A stretch of 64,000 nt of DNA from an uncultured Gammaproteobacteria bacterium. GTDB taxonomy: Bacteria > Pseudomonadota > Gammaproteobacteria > CAVZZX01. The notes below the pieces were generated by a model. The model had not been told where the DNA came from. It worked only from the letters and a program-made list of their open reading frames with translations, and made no database searches. The stretch is from assembly GCA_963779865.1 (NCBI GenBank), contig CAVZZX010000003.1:452018-516017 (forward strand). The letters are read 5' to 3'. The position numbers were made by a program, and so were the translations under genes. Positions 49,308-64,000 of the stretch are shown here, in pieces. The first letter of the stretch is position 1. The number at the start of each line of letters is the position of its first letter.

Positions 49308-50473
49308 TTAGGCCTGAGCCCGACCTGCGCTCTGACCCGCCAGCATCTCCAGCAACAGGCGCGCGGCGTTCTCGCTCCCTCCGGCGCCGCCCAGCGCTGC
49401 ACGGACCCGGCCCAGGCCGCTGCGCACGCGTTCGCGGTACTCCCCAGGGGCGAGCAGCCGGGCCAGTTCGTCGGCGATCGCGCGAGGATGGGCCGCGCCC
49501 TGCACCAGTTCCGGCGCGACACGCTCCCCGGCGACGATATTGCACAAGCCGATGTGATCGATCTTGAGCAGCCGACGCACGATGGAATAGGTCAGCGGGG
49601 CGACCTTGTAGAGCAGCACCATGGGCGTGCCGATCAAGGCGACTTCCAGCGTCACCGTGCCCGAGGCGGTGGCGATCGCGTCACAGGCACGCATCACCTC
49701 GTGGCCGCGCCCGCTGATCAGCTCACCGGCAAAGCGGCGGCGCTCAGCGCCGGGGCAAGATCGTCCTCGCAGAGCGAGGAGGCGAGGGGCAGGACGAACT
49801 GCACGCCGGAATCTGCGCTGCAGCAGACGCATGCCGGCCGCCAGCAGCACGGGCAGCAGGCGCCGGATCTCCGCCGCGGCGGCTTCCGGGGAACAGGCCC
49901 ACGACCGGGCGCGCGGCGTCCAGCCCGAGCGCCTCGCGCAGGGCCGGCAGCGGCCGCGGGTCCTCGGCCGCGACCTCGTCGACCAGGGGATGGCCGACGA
50001 AACGCACCGGCACGTCGTGCCGACGGTAGAACTCCTCCTCGAAGGCGAACACCACCGCCATCATGTCCACCCGCTCCCGGATCTGCTTTACCCGTCCCTG
50101 ACGCCAGGCCCATACCTGCGGGCTGATGTAGTAGAGCACCTTGACGCCGCATTCATGCGCGGTCTTGGCAAGGCGCAGGTTGAAATCCGGATAGTCGGTG
50201 AGGACCAGCAGATCGGGCGGGTCCTCGCGCAGCTGTCCACGCATGCGCTCCAGCGCCGCCTTGATGACGCGATAGTGCGCGAGCACCTCGACCAGACCGA
50301 CCACGGCGAGCTCGCGTGCATCCACTTGTACATCCACGCCCGCCTCGCGCATGTGCGTGCCGCCGATGCCGTAGAAGTGCACGCCCGTCGTCGAGGCGAT
50401 GGGTCGCCTCGACCAGATTGGCGGCATGGAAGTCGCCGGAGGCTTCGCCGGCGACGATCATCACTCGCTTCAT
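49308..50473 (-). pseudogene. lpxB: Lipid-A-disaccharide synthase LpxB, at least 4 frameshifts; on the opposite strand to lpxA
   Basis: N-terminus MKRVMIVAGEASGDFHAANLVEA is in the 50153..50947 frame. Middle ...HFYGIGGTHMREAGVDVQ...YISPQVWAWRQGRVKQI...FVGHPLVD... is in 49744..50427. ...EIRRLLPVLLAAGMRLLQ... and ...VQFVLPLASSL... are in further frames. C-terminus ...GELISGRGHEVMRACDAIATASGTVTLEVALIGTPMVLLYKV... is in 49308..49850. Confidence 0.8.
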
Positions 50474-51608
50474 GATGCGGCGACGAGCGCCTCGCGCACG
50501 TCTCTGCGAGGTGACAATGGCCGCCTCCTCGAGCTCGGGATAGATCGGCAGCGACAGGCATTGCGCCGCCGCGCTGTTCGCTGATCGGTAGCGCGGGTTG
50601 CGCGGCGCCGCCGCGAATACGTCCTGCCGATGCAGCGGGATGGGGTAGTAGATCGCGGAGGCGATTTCCGCGGGCGGACGAGGGCCTGGTGTATCGCGTC
50701 GCGATGCTGGACTGAGGATCGTGAACTGATGGAACACGTGGCCGGCATCGCCGCGCGCTGGGGCAGGCCCACCGCACCCGCGAGCTGGCGGCGGTAGCTG
50801 GCCGCCACCCGGCGGCGCGCCGGCGTTGAAGCGTTCGACGTGGCGCAGCTTGACGCGCAGAATGGCGGCCTGCAGCTCGTCGAGGCGGCTGTTGTAGCCG
50901 ATCACCGCATGGTGGTAGCGCTCGCCGCTGCCGTGGTTGCGCAGCACGCCGCATGCGTTCGGCGAGCTCGGCGTCGTTGGTGGTCACCATACCGCCGTCG
51001 CCATAGGCAGCCCAGGTTCTTGCTGGGGAAGAAGCTGTGGCAGCCGGCCAATCCGATCGCGCCGGTCATGCCGTTGGCTCGCGCGGGCGCCGAAGGACTG
51101 TGCGCAGTCCTCGATCACCATCAGCCCATGGCGGGCGGCAATGTCCATCAGTGCCGGCATGTCGGCGGGGAGCCCGAACAGGTGCACCGGAAGGATGGCC
51201 CGCGTGCGCCCGGTGACCGCGTCTTCGACGCGGTGCGGATCGAGGTTGAGCGAGTCGGGATCGATATCGACGAAAACCGGTGTGGCGCCCACATAGGCGA
51301 TCGCCTCGGCCGTCGCGATGAAGGTAAAGGGCGAGGTGATCACCTCGTCGCCCGGTCCGATGCCTGCGGCCCGCAGGGCCAGGTGCAAGCGCGTCCGTTC
51401 CGGACGCGCAGCTCACCGCGTGGTCGACCCCCAGCCAGTGGGCGGCCTCCTGCTCGAAGGCCTGGACGTTCGGCCCCAGGATGAAGCGCGTGGAGTCGAG
51501 GACCTCCTCGATGCCCGCGTCGATTTCGCCCTTTAGCGCACGGTACTGCGCCTTGAGGTCCACCATCGGTATCATGATGTCGGGGTTCCTTAAGTAGCGT
51601 GGTGTCAA
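50470..51608 (-). pseudogene. gnnB: DegT/DnrJ/EryC1/StrS-family PLP aminotransferase, GnnB-like (UDP-3-keto-GlcNAc transaminase candidate), at least 2 frameshifts
   Basis: N-terminus MIPMVDLKAQYRALKGEIDAGIEEVLDSTRFILGPNVQAFEQEAA in 51066..51608. Middle ...[27 protein letters not shown]...[11 protein letters not shown]... in 50984..51388. C-terminus ...HAVIGYNSRLDELQAAILRVKL...SLPIYPEL in the 50153..50947 frame, which runs on into the lpxB start. Lower bound approximate. Confidence 0.65.
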
Positions 51609-52591
51609 AGCAGACTGGAGGGGTCCTGCCCAAGCGCACGGCCGACGGCCAGGGCTGTTTCCAATGCGCGTCTGCCATCCTCGCCGCTGACGACGGCCGG
51701 GGCACCGGTGCGGATGCTGTGCAGAAAGGCGGCAATTTCCGCCTTCAGCGCATCGCTCTGTTCGAAGACGCGCTCCTCGCTGGTGATCTCCGGGACCCCG
51801 GGGTACATCTCGCCGTCGCCCTTGCGGTGCACCGTGAGCTTCTTCTCGCCGAAGTCGATGCCGATATACGCATCCGGCTGGAAGATGCGCATGCGCCGCT
51901 CGGATTTCATGCTGATCCGGCTGGCCGTGACGTTGGCCACGCAGCCGTTCTCAAACTGCAGGCGCGCGTTGGCGATGTCGATGTCCTGGGAGAGCACCCG
52001 CGCCCCACTGGCGTCGATGTGCGCAAGCGGCGAGCGCACGATGCTCTGGATGATGTCCAGGTCGTGGATCATCAGGTCCAGGATCACGCTCACGTCGGTG
52101 CCGCGCGGCTTGAACGGCGCGAGGCGGCTCGACTCGATGAAACGGGGTTCGTGCAACAGCCCCTCGACGGCGAGCACCGCGGAGTTGAAGCGCTCCAGAT
52201 GGCCCACCTGGAGGATGCGCTGGCGCTGTTGCGCGAGCTCGATCAGCTCCTGCGCCTCCTCGACCGTGACGGTGACCGGCTTTTCGAGCAACACGTGGGC
52301 GCCGCTGTCCAGAAAGGCACGGGCGACCTCGTGGTGGAGCCGGGTGGGCACGGCGATGCTGACGGCGTCGACCTGGCCGAGCAGCTCGCGATAGTCCGCA
52401 AGGGCACGGACGCCGTGCTTGGCCGCAATGGCCGCCGCGGTGTCCGCGTCTGCATCGGCGACGGCGATCAGCTCGGAGTCCGGCAACAGGGCATACTTGT
52501 CGGCGTGGAACTTGCCGAGATAGCCGACGCCGATCACGGCGGTCCTGACGGGATCCATGGGTTGTAGATTCTTGGCCCTGGTAGGGCGCAC
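51605..52591 (-). CDS. gnnA: Gfo/Idh/MocA-family NAD-dependent oxidoreductase, GnnA-like (UDP-GlcNAc 3-dehydrogenase candidate)
   Basis: ...MDPVRTAVIGVGYLGKFHADKY...EKPVTVTVEEAQELI... (Rossmann plus the EKP motif). Intact, 328 aa. An alternative ATG start is at 52558. Stop overlaps the gnnB start (ATGA). Confidence 0.65.
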   Translation of the reverse strand: MRPTRAKNLQPMDPVRTAVIGVGYLGKFHADKYALLPDSELIAVADADADTAAAIAAKHGVRALADYRELLGQVDAVSIAVPTRLHHEVARAFLDSGAHVLLEKPVTVTVEEAQELIELAQQRQRILQVGHLERFNSAVLAVEGLLHEPRFIESSRLAPFKPRGTDVSVILDLMIHDLDIIQSIVRSPLAHIDASGARVLSQDIDIANARLQFENGCVANVTASRISMKSERRMRIFQPDAYIGIDFGEKKLTVHRKGDGEMYPGVPEITSEERVFEQSDALKAEIAAFLHSIRTGAPAVVSGEDGRRALETALAVGRALGQDPSSLL

Positions 52592-52813
52592 GACCTGCAG
52601 GTAGCGCGCGAGGAAAACAGGAACGCCGCCCCCGGCGGCACCGTGTGCGCCGCGCTCCGGATGGCACCGGGGGGCGACGGCGCGGGTATGATCGCACCGC
52701 CCTTGGGCCAGATCAATAACGCGGTAATTACGCGAGCCGGTTCCGTGACAGGGGTCGGCCGCGGCGGTATCCTCGCCGCCGAATTAAAGTGAAGAAGCAG
52801 GGGGGAACACCGG

Positions 52814-53431
52814 GTGGGGAATCAGTTGGGGTTGGATTTTGCACAGGGGATTCGGCTGCTGGCCGGCGTGGATGAGGTGGGCCGGGGGCCGTTGGCGGGT
52901 CCGGTGATTGCCGCGGCGGTGATCCTTGACCCGGGTCGGTCAATCGAGGGCCTGGCCGATTCGAAGGCCCTGAGCCCGCGCCGCAGAGAGGCGCTGGCCG
53001 AACAGATCCGCGCGCAGGCCGTGTGCTGGGGGATCGGCCGCGCGGACGTGGCCGAGATCGACCGACTCAACATCTTTCAAGCCAGCCTGCTCGCCATGCA
53101 GCGGGCGGTCTCGCGGCTCGAGCCACTGCCCGAGTTCGCGCTCATCGACGGCACTCACTGTCCCGAACTGCCATGCCCCGCCGAGGCCGTTATCAAGGGC
53201 GATGCTACCATCGGCTGCATCAGCGCCGCGTCCATTCTGGCGAAGGTGGCGCGCGATGCGGAGCTGGTCGCCCTGGATCTGCGCTACCCGGGGTACGGGT
53301 TCGCCGAACACAAGGGCTATCCGACGCCGGCGCATCTCGAGGCGCTGGAGCGGCTGGGGGCCTGTGCGGTGCATCGCCGCTCCTATGCCCCGGTGCGGCG
53401 TGCCCTGGGCCTGGACGAAGAACTGGCCTGA
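52814..53431 (+). CDS. rnhB: Ribonuclease HII
   Basis: ...[26 protein letters not shown]...[11 protein letters not shown]... GTG start, AGGGGGGAA RBS. Confidence 0.9.
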   Translation: MGNQLGLDFAQGIRLLAGVDEVGRGPLAGPVIAAAVILDPGRSIEGLADSKALSPRRREALAEQIRAQAVCWGIGRADVAEIDRLNIFQASLLAMQRAVSRLEPLPEFALIDGTHCPELPCPAEAVIKGDATIGCISAASILAKVARDAELVALDLRYPGYGFAEHKGYPTPAHLEALERLGACAVHRRSYAPVRRALGLDEELA

Positions 53432-53440
53432 GGCGCAGGT

Positions 53441-54808
53441 TCAGCGTGATTCGGCACGGTCGCGTTGTGCGGCTGCGGCAGGCGGCACTGGACCTTCCAG
53501 CACCTCGCGGGCGCGCTCGCGCAAGGCTTGAATGGCCGCGCGGTCGCGGGCATCGCGCAGGGCGGTGTGCGCCGCTTCGGCTGTCCATTCCACGTGGCGG
53601 CGCAGGCTCTGGCGGTCAGCATCGCGGTGCACCACGGCGGCGATGCTGATCATGGTCTCGAGCATGCGCGCCGCGACGGTCAGATTGCCGGCGCCGTATT
53701 GACGGATCTGATTGAAGGCGATGTCGGCGAGGTCCGCGAAGCCGGTGCGCGGTTCGAGTACGCGCGGCTTGCCATCGGCATCGCGTGCAAGGCACGCCGG
53801 ACGTGCGCGTTGCGCCGCTTCGAGCAAGCCGGCGCCGAGCCAGTCCAGGGAGATTTTCGCCGTCGAGGGATTGTTGATGCCCGGCGACAGCGAGCGGACC
53901 GCGATCTCCACCAGCTGCTGGGCGGAGTACTCCACGTCCTGCGCGGACGTGCGGCGGATTCCGAGCACGGCGGCCCCCTGCAGGCGCGACACGGCGTCGG
54001 CACGGCAACGCTCCGCAGGCCATGCGTAGAGCAGGGGCGTGCCGCGGAAGACGAATTCGCCGGGCTTTCGGAACAGCTTGAGGACGAGGTCCTCCTGCGT
54101 GGCGATCGCCAGCAGTTGCTCCCGCGCCCAGGTCTGCAGATAGCCGTCATCCGGCGCGTCGACCGCGGCCCCGCGCTCCAGCGGCGCCGGCGGCCGCGGC
54201 GCTTCGTCCGCGCAGGCGCCGGGCTCGGCCGCCTCGCGGGCGGGGAAGGCGTGGCGGATGGCCGCGGCGAACTCGAGCGCCACGTCGTGCACGAGATCTT
54301 CGGGCTGCATGGACATCGCCACGTGATGCAGGAAGTAGATCAGCACGGCAACGCTGAGCAGCGCGAACAGCACGGCGAGCGACACCGAAAGATGCGGGAT
54401 GAACACACCGACGGCATCGCTGCGCACCGCGCGCAGCACCAGCAGGCAGTAGACGAAGGTCCCGGTGAAGGTGCCCAGGGCGACCTGGGTTCCCTGGTCG
54501 CGCATGAAGCTGCGCAGGATACGCGGGCCGAACTGGTTCGCGGTGAGGCTCAGCGCCACCATGGTGATCGAGAAGACCACGCCCGTGACGGTGATGATCG
54601 AGCCCGCCAGCGTCGAGAGCAGGGCGCGCGCGCCCTCGGGGTCGCCGGTCCACAGCCAGGCGATGGTGTCGCCCACGTCCGCGCCGAGGCGGCGATCGAG
54701 GCGAATGCTGCCCAGCGCGGTACCGATGGCGCCAAGCACCAGAAGGCCGGGGACGAACCAATAGCTGCTGCGCACCGCGTGCCAGATGAGTGCCAGTCGG
54801 CTGTACAT
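53441..54808 (-). CDS. DUF2254-like integral membrane protein
   Basis: 455 aa; N-terminal TM helices (MYSRLALIWHAVRSSYWFVPGLLVLGAIGTALG...) then a soluble Arg/Ala-rich C-terminal region. Sits between rnhB and dnaE on the opposite strand. Family assignment from memory. Confidence 0.5.
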   Translation of the reverse strand: MYSRLALIWHAVRSSYWFVPGLLVLGAIGTALGSIRLDRRLGADVGDTIAWLWTGDPEGARALLSTLAGSIITVTGVVFSITMVALSLTANQFGPRILRSFMRDQGTQVALGTFTGTFVYCLLVLRAVRSDAVGVFIPHLSVSLAVLFALLSVAVLIYFLHHVAMSMQPEDLVHDVALEFAAAIRHAFPAREAAEPGACADEAPRPPAPLERGAAVDAPDDGYLQTWAREQLLAIATQEDLVLKLFRKPGEFVFRGTPLLYAWPAERCRADAVSRLQGAAVLGIRRTSAQDVEYSAQQLVEIAVRSLSPGINNPSTAKISLDWLGAGLLEAAQRARPACLARDADGKPRVLEPRTGFADLADIAFNQIRQYGAGNLTVAARMLETMISIAAVVHRDADRQSLRRHVEWTAEAAHTALRDARDRAAIQALRERAREVLEGPVPPAAAAQRDRAESR

Positions 54809-54979
54809 GAGCTCCCGTGCACAGGGGCCTGCGAAGAGGGCCCCGGTACCCGAGACTATAGTCGAACGCCGCCGCTGCGGCGCCGCCCGCGGCACATGAA
54901 GCGGCGCACGATCAGCAGCTTAGGCGCGGATCTGCAGCCGCGCGGCGTGCTTGCAACCCTCACCGCAAAGCCGTAACTT

Positions 54980-58437
<3,458 letters not shown>

Positions 58438-58508
58438 GACGCGGTTACGGCGCGGCGCGAGTTATCTGATAGAATCCCCGCTCCCGATGTGGCCTGCAGC
58501 AGGTGGTC

Positions 58509-59465
<957 letters not shown>

Positions 59466-59521
59466 GCCCGCCCCGGCGCGCGCCGCTCACGGCGGCGGGT
59501 TCCCCACGGTCAGGTGCTTCG

Positions 59522-63475
<3,954 letters not shown>

Positions 63476-63501
63476 GCCGGCCGCGCCCCTTTTTTGCGTA
63501 A

Positions 63502-64000
<499 letters not shown>

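Overview
Very GC-rich chromosomal core region, most likely from a gammaproteobacterium with a sulfur-oxidising, hopanoid-producing lifestyle. The organism cannot be named from sequence alone. Gene content is almost entirely housekeeping. There is no CRISPR array, IS element, transposase, integrase, tRNA or rRNA, and no obvious AT-rich island. Genes in order: a hopanoid-associated cluster (HpnG/HpnA/HpnL-like plus a GT4); a tandem-fused double UvrA (1851 aa) with a hotdog thioesterase-like gene; two small conserved-looking ORFs; a SulP transporter; an App1-like phosphatase; a DUF523/DUF1722 fusion; ppk convergent with a hap-pilZ-ppx unit; sqr; an NlpC/P60 peptidase; mrcB; a TPR lipoprotein; a PD-(D/E)XK-like hypothetical plus yoaA helicase; tsaB; dapE, an ArsC-family gene, dapD and dapC; an EamA transporter; a VOC protein; glnD and map; then the canonical gammaproteobacterial block rpsB-tsf-pyrH-frr-uppS-cdsA-dxr-rseP-bamA-skp-lpxD-fabZ-lpxA ... 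rnhB, a DUF2254 gene, dnaE-accA-tilS-pyrG-kdsA-eno. Four things stand out. (1) The double UvrA. (2) A gnnA/gnnB-like oxidoreductase and aminotransferase pair inside the lipid A cluster, which implies a GlcN3N-type lipid A. (3) The block lpxB-gnnB-gnnA lies on the opposite strand to lpxA and rnhB, which looks like an inversion of about 3.5 kb. (4) There are many single-base frameshifts in essential genes (fabZ, lpxA, lpxB, gnnB, dnaE, dapD) and in mrcB, concentrated at 48.3-51.5 kb. That pattern fits sequence or assembly error better than real pseudogenisation. I am working from the ORF track and reading the sequence by eye, so exact nucleotide positions of non-ORF features are approximate (a few nt), and organism identity and family names are from memory.
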